In this document: one piece after another, positions 19,900-29,074 of the stretch | How the letters are laid out: the number at the start of each line of letters is the position of its first letter | Numbering within the stretch: the first letter of the stretch is position 1 | From: Methanobacteriota archaeon | GTDB taxonomy: Archaea; Thermoplasmatota; Thermoplasmata; SG8-5; JAGLSY01 | Reading direction: 5' to 3' | Length of the DNA stretch: 64,000 nucleotides | Assembly: GCA_020696385.1 (NCBI GenBank) | Contig: JAEHCQ010000007.1 | Span: 1 to 64,000, forward strand | Position numbers and translations under genes: made by a program | Notes under the pieces: generated by a model | The model's database searches: none | What the model was told of the DNA's origin: nothing | What the model saw: the letters and a program-made list of their open reading frames with translations, nothing else

Positions 19900-20652
19900 A
19901 TGACCACTGAAACGAACACTGAGATTGCTCGAAAAACGAATGATGCTGATACTCCCGAGGTCAGCGCACTTAATATCTATGTAATGGGTAAGAGATACCT
20001 GGTACCAGCTGGCTTGACCATAATGGCAGCCATTGAATATGCGGGTTACCAGTTCGTAAGAAGCTGTGGCTGTAGAGCCGGTTTCTGCGGTGCATGCTCC
20101 ACGGTCTACAGGAAGGATGATGAGCAAAAACTACACTTTGCTCTGGCCTGCCAGACAACTGTCGAGGATGGAATGTATCTGGTTCAAATACCATTCGTTC
20201 CCGCCGCCAAGGCCAAATACATGATAGAGGACCTGAAGGCAGAGGAAAACACGATACTCTCTCTTTACCCGGAGATCGCCAGATGCGTCTCCTGCAACAC
20301 ATGCACCAAGTCATGTCCCCAGGACATCAAGGTCATGATGTACATCCAAAATGCTCTTAGGGGTGACATCGCAAAGGCAGCTGAACTATCGTTCGACTGT
20401 ATCCAATGCGGAATGTGCGCCATGAGATGCCCGGCAGATATCAAACACTATCATGTTGCACAGTTGGCTCGCAGACTGCGAGGCAAATACATCGATACCC
20501 TATCCAAGGACCTGAAAAAGAGGGTTGCCGAGGTAGAGGGAGGCCAATACGACAAAGAAATTGAAGAACTGGTCGGAATGAGTGAGGAGCAGTTAAGAGG
20601 CCTCTACAATAAGCGTGAGATTGAAGCTAAAAAGAAGAAGGAGGGTGAGTAG
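19900..20652 (+). CDS. Fumarate reductase/succinate dehydrogenase-like Fe-S subunit
   Basis: [2Fe-2S] motif GCRAGFCGAC...LACQ plus two CxxCxxCxxxCP. Confidence 0.8.
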   Translation: MTTETNTEIARKTNDADTPEVSALNIYVMGKRYLVPAGLTIMAAIEYAGYQFVRSCGCRAGFCGACSTVYRKDDEQKLHFALACQTTVEDGMYLVQIPFVPAAKAKYMIEDLKAEENTILSLYPEIARCVSCNTCTKSCPQDIKVMMYIQNALRGDIAKAAELSFDCIQCGMCAMRCPADIKHYHVAQLARRLRGKYIDTLSKDLKKRVAEVEGGQYDKEIEELVGMSEEQLRGLYNKREIEAKKKKEGE

Positions 20653-20653
20653 A

Positions 20654-20713
20654 ATGCGAGAACAAAGCGATTGCATTCTAAATCCCGAAATGAAATGGAG
20701 TGATTCAATATGA
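20654..20713 (+). CDS. Bridging micro-ORF / palindromic element 1, 19 aa (MREQSDCILNPEMKWSDSI)
   Basis: ATG 1 nt after the upstream TAG, behind GGAGGGTGA; its TGA overlaps the next ATG. Homologous to 28964 and 30082. Confidence 0.6.
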   Translation: MREQSDCILNPEMKWSDSI

Positions 20714-22356
20714 AACTCATAGACGGATATCCACAATATATGCTGGACTCCATCAAGAAGGTAGAAGATAAGAGAATGGAGAACCTGAAGAAGAGCATCG
20801 AGCCATTGACCATGGAAGAGCGTCAGGCTGTTCTCACACAATTTCATCCAGATTTCATGGATTCGAGCAAGCGCGCGGTGAAGGTAGGTGTGGACAAGGG
20901 CAATGAATCCTACAATGGAATAGTAGATCTCCTTGAATCCCCATCAATTCTGGACACCAGTGAAGTTGATCTTACCAAGATAGATTTCGATATTGACCTA
21001 CTCATAATCGGTGGTGGAGGGGCCGGAACAGTGGCTGCCCTTTTCGCTCTCGAGAATGGGGTTGAACTTGATAAAATCCTTATCACGACCAAACTGAGGC
21101 ATGGGGATGCGAATTCCATGATGGCTCAGGGAGGGATTCAGGCCGCGGATAGGCCAGAGGACAGCCCACCAATCCATTATCTGGACATTTATGGTGGAGG
21201 ACATTTCACCAATAAGCCCGAGCTGGCAAAGGCAATGGCAATGGATGCCCCGGGAATAATCAAATGGCATGAGGAACTGGGTGTCATGTACGACCGCCAC
21301 GACAACGGAGAATTCCAAGAACTCTCCGGTGGTGGAACATCGCGTAACAGGATGCACAGTGCGAAAGATTACACTGGCATGGAACTAATGAGGAATATCA
21401 GGGACAGGGCAAAGAACCTGGACATACCTGTGCTGGAATTCTGTCCAATAGTCGAGCTATTGCTGGATGACCAGGGCATTGTATCTGGCGGAGTGGCCTT
21501 CAATATTGAAACACATGAATACTATGTGATTAAGGCCAAAGCGACCATCATGGCAACAGGCGGAAGCGGTAGGCTACATCTGGCAGGATACCCGACAACC
21601 AACCATTACGGAGCAACGGGCGACGGTCTTGTCATGGCTTACCATGTGGGAGCCAACCTGAGAGACCTGGACACTATCCAGATACACCCAACAGGCGATA
21701 TCTACCCTGATCCGGTCATAGGTATCCTTTCTACAGAGAAGATAAGGGGATTGGGTGCAAAGCCAATAAACGTTCATGGAGACCCATTTGTTTTCCCATT
21801 GGAGCCAAGGGATGTTGAGTCCGCGGCCTTCCTCAAGGAATGCGACAAAGGCAATGGCATAACCACCCCGACAGGAATGCCAGGTATCTGGCTCGACTCA
21901 CCAATGATCGATATAATCCATGGAGAGGGAACTGTGTATGAGAAGCTGGCCGGAGAGGTCAGGAAGTTCAGAAGGTTCGGTATCGACATGGCCAAACATC
22001 CGATTCTAGTATACCCCACATACCACTACCAGAACGGTGGAGTGGAGATAAATGAGAAGTGCGAGACAGCCGTGCCGGGATTGTTCGCTGCTGGTGAGGT
22101 CACTGGCGGTGTCCATGGAAAGAACAGGCTGATGGGCAATTCACTTCTGGACTACAATGTGTTCGGCCGAAGAGCTGGAATATATGCTGCCGAATATGTG
22201 AAGACCAGAAAAGTTGGCAAGCTCTCACTGGCTCATATCGACGAGTACAATAAGGCGGTCGAAGAGGCCGGCCTGAAGAGTGGGGTCAAGGCACCCATAC
22301 TTCTGCCAGAGTACAGAGGGAAAGAAGCGCTGGCAAGAGCTCTAGATATACTGTAG
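20710..22356 (+). CDS. Fumarate reductase/succinate dehydrogenase-family flavoprotein
   Basis: IIGGGGAG, SMMAQGG, QIHPT, TEKIRG, PRD, HYQNGG, HGKNRLMGNSL. Confidence 0.85.
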   Translation: MKLIDGYPQYMLDSIKKVEDKRMENLKKSIEPLTMEERQAVLTQFHPDFMDSSKRAVKVGVDKGNESYNGIVDLLESPSILDTSEVDLTKIDFDIDLLIIGGGGAGTVAALFALENGVELDKILITTKLRHGDANSMMAQGGIQAADRPEDSPPIHYLDIYGGGHFTNKPELAKAMAMDAPGIIKWHEELGVMYDRHDNGEFQELSGGGTSRNRMHSAKDYTGMELMRNIRDRAKNLDIPVLEFCPIVELLLDDQGIVSGGVAFNIETHEYYVIKAKATIMATGGSGRLHLAGYPTTNHYGATGDGLVMAYHVGANLRDLDTIQIHPTGDIYPDPVIGILSTEKIRGLGAKPINVHGDPFVFPLEPRDVESAAFLKECDKGNGITTPTGMPGIWLDSPMIDIIHGEGTVYEKLAGEVRKFRRFGIDMAKHPILVYPTYHYQNGGVEINEKCETAVPGLFAAGEVTGGVHGKNRLMGNSLLDYNVFGRRAGIYAAEYVKTRKVGKLSLAHIDEYNKAVEEAGLKSGVKAPILLPEYRGKEALARALDIL

Positions 22357-22364
22357 GTGATCGT

Positions 22365-22625
22365 TTGATAGAAGTATTAGATGATTGGTGTAAAGGCTGT
22401 GAGATATGCGTGAACCGCTGCCCAGTCCAGGCACTTGAGATATCAGAGATCATGAACAAGAAGGGCGTTAGGGTTCCCAGGCTGAAGGCCGTGAACAAAT
22501 GCCACCAGTGCAGATTGTGCGAACAACTCTGCCCTGACTTTGCCATCACCGTGATAAAAGAAGAAAAGGAAGAAGGTGAAGAAAAAGAGTGCAAGCTCAT
22601 CATAGGAGGTGTTTGCGCTGACTGA
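22365..22625 (+). CDS. korD: 2-oxoacid:ferredoxin oxidoreductase delta subunit
   Basis: WCKGCEICVNRCP and CHQCRLCEQLCPDFAI. Confidence 0.85.
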   Translation: MIEVLDDWCKGCEICVNRCPVQALEISEIMNKKGVRVPRLKAVNKCHQCRLCEQLCPDFAITVIKEEKEEGEEKECKLIIGGVCAD

Positions 22626-22629
22626 TATA

Positions 22630-22668
22630 ATGAATATTATTAATGAATTAATTAAGGAGGGATTCTAA
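22630..22668 (+). CDS. Candidate bridging micro-ORF, 12 aa (MNIINELIKEGF)
   Basis: Starts 4 nt after the korD stop; TAA directly abuts the korA GTG. Confidence 0.35.
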   Translation: MNIINELIKEGF

Positions 22669-23859
22669 GTGAGATACGAACTAGACCCGGTAAGAGTGAG
22701 AAAGATCTTGGGAAATAAGAAACAATTCATAATGGGAGACATGGCAATTGCCTATGGTGGTCTTCTGGCAGGAGTGGGATTCTTCGGAGGATATCCGATC
22801 ACACCAGCCAGTGAAGTCGCGGAAGGTATGGCTCGTATGCTCCCGAGGGCAGGCGGAACCTTCATTCAGATGGAGGATGAGATAGCCAGTATGGCAGCGA
22901 TCATAGGAGCAGCGTGGAGCGGTACTAAGACAATGACCGCGACATCAGGCCCAGGTTTCTCATTGATGATGGAGAATTATGGATACGCGATAATGACCGA
23001 AACACCATGTGTCATTGCCAATGTCCAGAGAACAGGTCCATCAACTGGCCAGCCAACACAGGGTGCCCAAGGAGATATGCTTCAGACAAGATGGGGAAGT
23101 CATGGTGACATGATGGCCATCGCACTCTGCCCAAGCACGGTCCAAGAGTGCTTGGACATGACAATAGAGGCTTTCAACCTTTCCGAGAAATACAGGCATC
23201 CAGTCGTTCTTCTGGCAGATGGAGAAGTTGGTCACTTGAGAGAAAAAGTGGTCATTCCAGATGTTGACGAGATGGAGCTCATCGAAAGAATTGAAGCTAC
23301 TGTCGACAAGGACAAGTTCATACCCTACTCGGAATCTCAGACAAATCCTGGAAGCAAAGTTCCAGATTTCCCAACCTTCGGCTCTGGATACAGATCGTAT
23401 GTCACTGGCCTTACGCACAATGACATGGGATTCCCGGCAACTGACAAGCAGCCGGACCATGAGAGACTCATAAATCGTCTGGTCTCCAAGATCACAGACG
23501 ACCGTGAGAAGCTCACTGATGTTGAAGAGATCGAGCTGGAAGATGCGGAGATCGTCTTCGTAACATACGGAGCATCCGCCAGACCAGCAGAGAGCGCGGT
23601 CAGGATGGCGCGTGCGAAGGGCATCAAGGCAGGAATGTTGAGATTGAAACTCGTCTGGCCATTCCCGGAGAAGGCGATATATGAGCTTTCCAAGAAGGTG
23701 AGCAAGATCATTGTCCCCGAGATGAGCCTTGGCCAGATGGTCCACCCGGTCAGAGAGTTTGCGGCCAAGGATTGTGAGGTCATAGTAGCTCCAAAGGTCG
23801 GAGGAGTTATGCACCTTCCAGTTGAATTGCTCGCATACCTTGAGGAGGGATCACAATGA
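22669..23859 (+). CDS. korA: 2-oxoacid:ferredoxin oxidoreductase alpha subunit
   Basis: GYPITPASE, QMEDE, TATSGPGFSLM, QRTGPSTG. Confidence 0.93.
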   Translation: MRYELDPVRVRKILGNKKQFIMGDMAIAYGGLLAGVGFFGGYPITPASEVAEGMARMLPRAGGTFIQMEDEIASMAAIIGAAWSGTKTMTATSGPGFSLMMENYGYAIMTETPCVIANVQRTGPSTGQPTQGAQGDMLQTRWGSHGDMMAIALCPSTVQECLDMTIEAFNLSEKYRHPVVLLADGEVGHLREKVVIPDVDEMELIERIEATVDKDKFIPYSESQTNPGSKVPDFPTFGSGYRSYVTGLTHNDMGFPATDKQPDHERLINRLVSKITDDREKLTDVEEIELEDAEIVFVTYGASARPAESAVRMARAKGIKAGMLRLKLVWPFPEKAIYELSKKVSKIIVPEMSLGQMVHPVREFAAKDCEVIVAPKVGGVMHLPVELLAYLEEGSQ

Positions 23860-24737
23860 GCGAAATGATAAATCAAACCGAGATGCGCGAGAAATACCTT
23901 AGAAAAGGCATGCTGCCTAGTATTTTCTGTAATGGATGCGGACATGGTTCCTCACTGGATTACACTTTCAGAGCAATAGAGGAATTGGGTTTGGACCTGG
24001 ACAATATGGTCTTCGCATCTGGTATAGGGTGTTCCTCACGTATTCCTGGATACATTAATGCAGATGGATTGCACACAACACATGGCAGGTCACTGGCCTT
24101 TGCTACTGGTGTGAAAGCAGCCAACCCAGAATTAGATGTTGTTGTCTTCAGTGGTGACGGCGATGCAACTGGCATAGGTGGAAATCACTTCATCCATGCT
24201 GCCCGCCGTAACATCGATATAACTGTCATCATCCTCAATAATTTCATATATGGAATGACAGGCGGCCAGGTGGCTCCGACATCCCCTAAAGGGACCATAG
24301 CCACTACAGCACCATACGGTAACTTGGAAGGAGCATTCGATATAAGCGAGCTTGCCAAATCACTGGGTGCGGCATACGTAGCCAGATGGCCAGTGTTCTA
24401 CCCATCCCAGCCCATCAAGTCCATAAAGGATGCAATTCAGACCAAGGGATTTTCCCTGGTCGAGCTAATGTCACCATGCCCAACAGCATACGGCAGAAGG
24501 AACAAGCTCGGAAACATAAAGAAACTCTGGGATTGGTATGAGGACAACTCCATACTGGCAGAGGAATATGATAAGATTATGAATTACGGAACCGATGAAG
24601 AGAAAGCTGAAACCATCAACAAGATCAAGATAGGTGTGTTCCAGCATACGGAAAAGGTTGGATTCTTCGAGGCCTATGAGGAACAGATAGCGAATCTAAT
24701 GGCCAATGATGATAAGAAATGGGGTGGTTCAAAATGA
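23856..24737 (+). CDS. korB: 2-oxoacid:ferredoxin oxidoreductase beta subunit
   Basis: FCNGCG, SGIGCS, TPP motif GDGD...NN, YGMTGGQ. Confidence 0.93.
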   Translation: MSEMINQTEMREKYLRKGMLPSIFCNGCGHGSSLDYTFRAIEELGLDLDNMVFASGIGCSSRIPGYINADGLHTTHGRSLAFATGVKAANPELDVVVFSGDGDATGIGGNHFIHAARRNIDITVIILNNFIYGMTGGQVAPTSPKGTIATTAPYGNLEGAFDISELAKSLGAAYVARWPVFYPSQPIKSIKDAIQTKGFSLVELMSPCPTAYGRRNKLGNIKKLWDWYEDNSILAEEYDKIMNYGTDEEKAETINKIKIGVFQHTEKVGFFEAYEEQIANLMANDDKKWGGSK

Positions 24738-25276
24738 AGAAAGAAATTCAAGTAGCTGGATTCGGTGGACAGGGTGTTATCCTTTCTGGTTTCATAATCG
24801 GAAAGGCCGCATGTGTCTTCGCAGACCTCAATGCAGTACAGAGCCAGTCCTATGGTCCAGAGGCCAGAGGAGGAGCGGCAAAAACGGCTGTTATCATCTC
24901 GGATGAGACCATCGGATACCCAAGACCAACAAGCATCGATGTCTTTGTCTCAATGGCCCAGGAAGCCTTCAATTCATACCTACCAGACTGCCGTGATGAT
25001 ACTGTCTTGATCATAGATCCAGATCTTGTCACACAGAGCGACGTAGGAAGACCAGTCTACAAAGTAAGGGTCCAGAAGATCGCAGAAGACCTTGGCAATA
25101 AGATAGTTACCAATATTGCGATGGTCGGTGCACTGACCGGAATATATGACCTTGGTGTGCCTGATGAAGCAGTTAAGAAAGCGGTCATAGACAGTGTTCC
25201 AAAGAAGTTCATGGATCTGAATATAAATGCCTTTGAAAAAGGCCTCGAGGCGGGTAAGAATGCAAGACCAGAATGA
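24734..25276 (+). CDS. korC: 2-oxoacid:ferredoxin oxidoreductase gamma subunit
   Basis: AGFGGQG, SYGPEARGG; ATGA overlap with korB. Confidence 0.92.
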   Translation: MKKEIQVAGFGGQGVILSGFIIGKAACVFADLNAVQSQSYGPEARGGAAKTAVIISDETIGYPRPTSIDVFVSMAQEAFNSYLPDCRDDTVLIIDPDLVTQSDVGRPVYKVRVQKIAEDLGNKIVTNIAMVGALTGIYDLGVPDEAVKKAVIDSVPKKFMDLNINAFEKGLEAGKNARPE

Positions 25277-28200
25277 ATATTTCGAGCAGTACTACGAGGA
25301 AGTCGATCTTCATGATGATTATCTCATGATCCCCCCAGAGCTCGCGCTCTTGGAAGCTGAGGAAAATGAGGTCGAAGTGAAAAAGGATGAACTCGCAAAG
25401 AACAAGCTGGCTGCAGGCAGAAGAATAAACGGAGACGTGCTGATAGTAGGAGCTGGCATATCGGGTATGCAGGCTGCTCTGGACACAGCGGACAAAGGAT
25501 ATCGTGTTATTCTGATAGAGAAATCTTCCACGATAGGCGGGAACATGGTCAAGCTTGACAAGACCTTCCCGACAAATGACTGCTCCATATGCACGGCGGC
25601 CCCCAAGATGGTGGAAGTATCCAGACATCCGAACATCACCCTGATGACATATGCGGATGTAATGTCACTTGAAGGTGAGAAGGGAGACTTCACGGCTCAC
25701 ATATACAGGAAATCTGCCTATGTGGACCCAGATGTCTGTACCGGTTGCGGAGATTGCGCAACCGCCTGTCCAGTCGAGGTCGTAAATCCTTTTGATGACA
25801 AGCTGTCAATGAGAAAAGGAATATCTATCGAGTTCCCACAGGCTGTGCCAATTGTATATTCTATTAATTATGAGAATTGCGTCGGATGTGGCTCTTGCGA
25901 GAGAGTGTGCGATGCAGGCGCTATCTCGTTCCTCAGAAAGTCTGAAGATATTGAAGTTAAAATAGGCAGTGTGATCGTGGCAACTGGCTATGATCTCTTC
26001 GAACCTCTGGAAATGAGGAAGGAATACGGTTATGGAAAGTATCCGAATGTAATAACCGCGATGCAGTTCGAGAGGCTATTATCGTCCTTCGGTCCCACCG
26101 AGGGAAAGATACTGAGACCTTCTGATGGAACAGCACCCAAGTCAATTGGCTGGATACAATGCGTTGGATCCAGAAGCAAGCAGCTTGGATTTCCATATTG
26201 TTCCAGGGTCTGCTGTATGTACGCGACCAAGGAAGCGGCCATAGCCAAGGAGATCGATGATAGCCTTGAAGTCACAATATTCTACATGGATATCAGAGCT
26301 TATGGAAAGGATTTCCAACAATATTATGATAAAGCCAAGGACATGGGAGTGAATTACGTTCGTGCCAGACCATCCTCCGTATATCAGAACGAGGATGGAA
26401 GTATCGCTGTAAGGTACATGGACACCCACACAAGGGAAATACTGGACATGAACATCGATATGCTGGTACTTTCCACGGCCATCATGCCTTCTAAAGAGAA
26501 CCCTAAGCTGGGTAAAATGCTCGGAATCGGTGTGGACCATAATGGATTCTTCGAATCCGGTTCTATTGTTTCAGATCCGATCCAAACCACAAGAGATGGA
26601 GTATTCCTGGCAGGCTGTAATCAAGGCCCGAAGGATATTCCAGACAGTGTGGCGATGGCCAGCGGAGCAGCCGCGAGAGCTGTTCAGGCCATTGTGGAGA
26701 GAGAGAAAGCGGAGCCAGTTAAGCCACCAGAACAAAAAGATGTGTCTGGTGATAAGCCAAAGATCGGTGTCTTCGTTTGCCATTGTGGAAAGAATATCAA
26801 TGGCTACCTTGATTGCGCCGATGTCGCGGATACCGTCCGTGATGATCCGAATGTGGAATATTCCACGGATGTTATGTTCGCTTGCTCTGAAGATTCACAG
26901 ACTGATATTAGAAAGACCATTGAGGAAAAAGGTCTCAATCGTGTGATAGTCGCGGCATGTTCGCCGATAACACATGGCGGCCTGTTCCAGGACACCTTGG
27001 AAGAATCTGGCCTTAACAAATATCTTTTCGAATTCGCCAATATCAGACAGCATTGCTCCTGGGTCCATTCCCATGACAGGGAGAAGGCCACCCAGAAGGC
27101 AAAAGACCTTGTGAGAATGGGTATTGCCAAATCCGTGCTTCTTCAGCCATTGAGTCAGGAAGAAGTGGATGTCATACCAGTTACTGTCATCATCGGAGGA
27201 GGCATCGCGGGCATGAAAGCCGCAATGGCACTTTCCGACATGGAGATCGAGACACATATCATCGAGATGGGTGACAAACTTGGTGGAAATCTGAACAAAC
27301 TTCACAGTTTATTCCCCACAGAGCTTGATCCAAGCCAACTTGTCAATGAGATGCAGACGAAGATCGATGCATCCGATTACATCAAGGTCCACCTCAACAC
27401 CACATTGGAAAATGTCGAGGGTTTCATTGGTAATTTCAAGGCATACATGAAAGGCCCGGATGGAGATACCGAATTGAAATTCGGAACAGCCATCATCGCA
27501 TCTGGCTTTGGAGAGATAGACATGGCCGGGAAATACGGCTATGGAAATAATCCGAAAATAATGACCCAGATGGAATTGGAAAGCCGTCTCATAGCAAATG
27601 ATCTTGAAAAGCCAAAATCGATTGTGATGATCAACTGCGCAGGAGCCATGGATGAAGAGAGACCATGGTGCTGCAGGATAGGCTGTGGCGTGTCCATAAA
27701 GAATGCCAAGCTCTTGAAAGAGAAGTACCCAGATGCGGATATCAATATCCTTTACCGGGACATACGTGTCTTCGGTAAAGAAGAGGAAGAATACTTCGCC
27801 GATGTCATCGAGAACCTGCATGTGAAGATAACAAGGTACTCGGATGTCGAGAAACCACAGGTCATTATCAATGATGATGGATCGGTCATGGTCAAGGTAA
27901 GGGATCAGATATACAATGACGAGATGGAATTATCTGCCGATCTGCTGGTACTCACTGCCCAGACAGAAGGAAGCGAATCCACGGACAAACTCCAACAGAT
28001 GTTCAAAATACCTGTTGGACCCGGACATTTCTTCATAGAGGCGCATGCCAAGATCCGACCACTTGATTTCGCAACAGATGGTGTTTACTTCTGTGGAAGC
28101 GCGCATTTCCCCAAGAACCTGGCAGACGCTATCGCCCAGGCCGAGGGAGCCGCTTCAAGAGCTGCCATTCCGATAATGAAACAGAGACTTGTATTGGAAG

Positions 28201-28433
28201 GTATAACCGCCATAGTCGAGCCAGATATGTGCGTGGGCTGTGGAATTTGTGCAGAGGCGTGCCCCTTCGGAGCCATTGATCTTATCAAAGGCAAGGCCGT
28301 GGTAAATGAAGCACTGTGCAAAGGTTGCGGATTATGCAATGCCACCTGCAGATCAGGAGCTATACAGCAAAAGGGCTTCAATGATCACCAGATTCTCAGT
28401 ATGATCAAAAGCTCATTGAACGAGGTGGTATGA
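25260..28433 (+). CDS. hdrA: Large, internally duplicated HdrA-family flavoprotein (start uncertain: 25260, 25326 or 25377)
   Basis: GAGISG, LDKTFPTNDCSIC, QCVGSR..YCSRVCCMY, VFVCHCG, ACSP, a second FAD motif GGGIAG, ferredoxin motifs. Confidence 0.93.
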   Translation: MQDQNEYFEQYYEEVDLHDDYLMIPPELALLEAEENEVEVKKDELAKNKLAAGRRINGDVLIVGAGISGMQAALDTADKGYRVILIEKSSTIGGNMVKLDKTFPTNDCSICTAAPKMVEVSRHPNITLMTYADVMSLEGEKGDFTAHIYRKSAYVDPDVCTGCGDCATACPVEVVNPFDDKLSMRKGISIEFPQAVPIVYSINYENCVGCGSCERVCDAGAISFLRKSEDIEVKIGSVIVATGYDLFEPLEMRKEYGYGKYPNVITAMQFERLLSSFGPTEGKILRPSDGTAPKSIGWIQCVGSRSKQLGFPYCSRVCCMYATKEAAIAKEIDDSLEVTIFYMDIRAYGKDFQQYYDKAKDMGVNYVRARPSSVYQNEDGSIAVRYMDTHTREILDMNIDMLVLSTAIMPSKENPKLGKMLGIGVDHNGFFESGSIVSDPIQTTRDGVFLAGCNQGPKDIPDSVAMASGAAARAVQAIVEREKAEPVKPPEQKDVSGDKPKIGVFVCHCGKNINGYLDCADVADTVRDDPNVEYSTDVMFACSEDSQTDIRKTIEEKGLNRVIVAACSPITHGGLFQDTLEESGLNKYLFEFANIRQHCSWVHSHDREKATQKAKDLVRMGIAKSVLLQPLSQEEVDVIPVTVIIGGGIAGMKAAMALSDMEIETHIIEMGDKLGGNLNKLHSLFPTELDPSQLVNEMQTKIDASDYIKVHLNTTLENVEGFIGNFKAYMKGPDGDTELKFGTAIIASGFGEIDMAGKYGYGNNPKIMTQMELESRLIANDLEKPKSIVMINCAGAMDEERPWCCRIGCGVSIKNAKLLKEKYPDADINILYRDIRVFGKEEEEYFADVIENLHVKITRYSDVEKPQVIINDDGSVMVKVRDQIYNDEMELSADLLVLTAQTEGSESTDKLQQMFKIPVGPGHFFIEAHAKIRPLDFATDGVYFCGSAHFPKNLADAIAQAEGAASRAAIPIMKQRLVLEGITAIVEPDMCVGCGICAEACPFGAIDLIKGKAVVNEALCKGCGLCNATCRSGAIQQKGFNDHQILSMIKSSLNEVV

Positions 28434-28520
28434 ATGGGTTCGTCAACACTCACCATTCATCTCGAAGTTTCCAAATTTATGGAAACGTCCCATCCATCTT
28501 GCTTTCAGGAGGTGGAGTAA
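28434..28520 (+). CDS. Bridging micro-ORF, 28 aa (MGSSTLTIHLEVSKFMETSHPSCFQEVE)
   Basis: Fills the hdrA-mvhD gap exactly (TGA|ATG ... TAA|ATG). GAGGTGG SD precedes both ATGs; contains two hairpins. Confidence 0.55.
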   Translation: MGSSTLTIHLEVSKFMETSHPSCFQEVE

Positions 28521-28967
28521 ATGACTGGAGATGAAAAAGCAAAGGAAGAATTCGAGCCGAAAATAATCGGATTCCTGTGCAACTGGTGCTCGTATACGGG
28601 AGCGGATCTGGCTGGTGTGTCACGTCTACAGTACCCGTCAAATATTCGGATCATCAAGGTCATGTGCTCTGGTCGTGTCAATCCACAATTCGTACTCAAG
28701 GCTTTCCAAGAGGGAGCGGATGGAGTTCTTGTTTCTGGATGCCACCCTGGTGATTGCCATTATATCGAGGGTAATTACCACGCCCGCCGCAAGCTCGCGA
28801 TGCTCTCGGACATACTTGAATTCACGGGCATCGAGCCAGAGAGATTCCAGATGTCATGGGTATCGGCCTCGGAAGGACAGAAGTTCGCCAAGATCGTTAC
28901 CGCCTTCACAGAGCAGGTGAAGGAACTTGGGCCTCAGAAGAAACTTGCTGGAGGTGAGGATGAATGA
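28521..28967 (+). CDS. mvhD: MvhD/FlxC-type [2Fe-2S] subunit
   Basis: FLCNWCSYTGAD, VMCSGRV, GCHPGDCHY, WVSASEG. Confidence 0.94.
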   Translation: MTGDEKAKEEFEPKIIGFLCNWCSYTGADLAGVSRLQYPSNIRIIKVMCSGRVNPQFVLKAFQEGADGVLVSGCHPGDCHYIEGNYHARRKLAMLSDILEFTGIEPERFQMSWVSASEGQKFAKIVTAFTEQVKELGPQKKLAGGEDE

Positions 28968-29074
28968 GAGAGCAAAGCGATTTCATTCAGGATTTCTCAG
29001 TGCCTTCGAACTCTTCAAAATGCAAACTACGTTCGCATTTTGAAAATCCCGTAATGAAGTGGAGGGATTCGTAA
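28964..29074 (+). CDS. Bridging micro-ORF / palindromic element 2, 36 aa (MREQSDFIQDFSVPSNSSKCKLRSHFENPVMKWRDS)
   Basis: ATGA overlap with the mvhD stop and TAATG overlap with the next start; open throughout. Confidence 0.6.
   Translation: MREQSDFIQDFSVPSNSSKCKLRSHFENPVMKWRDS

Noticed and set aside
25273-25329. 18-aa ORF (MNISSSTTRKSIFMMIIS) with ATGA overlaps between korC and ATG 25326
   Set aside because: It counts as a bridge only if hdrA starts at 25326. The hdrA frame is open from further upstream, with a plausible start at 25260, so this is undecidable.
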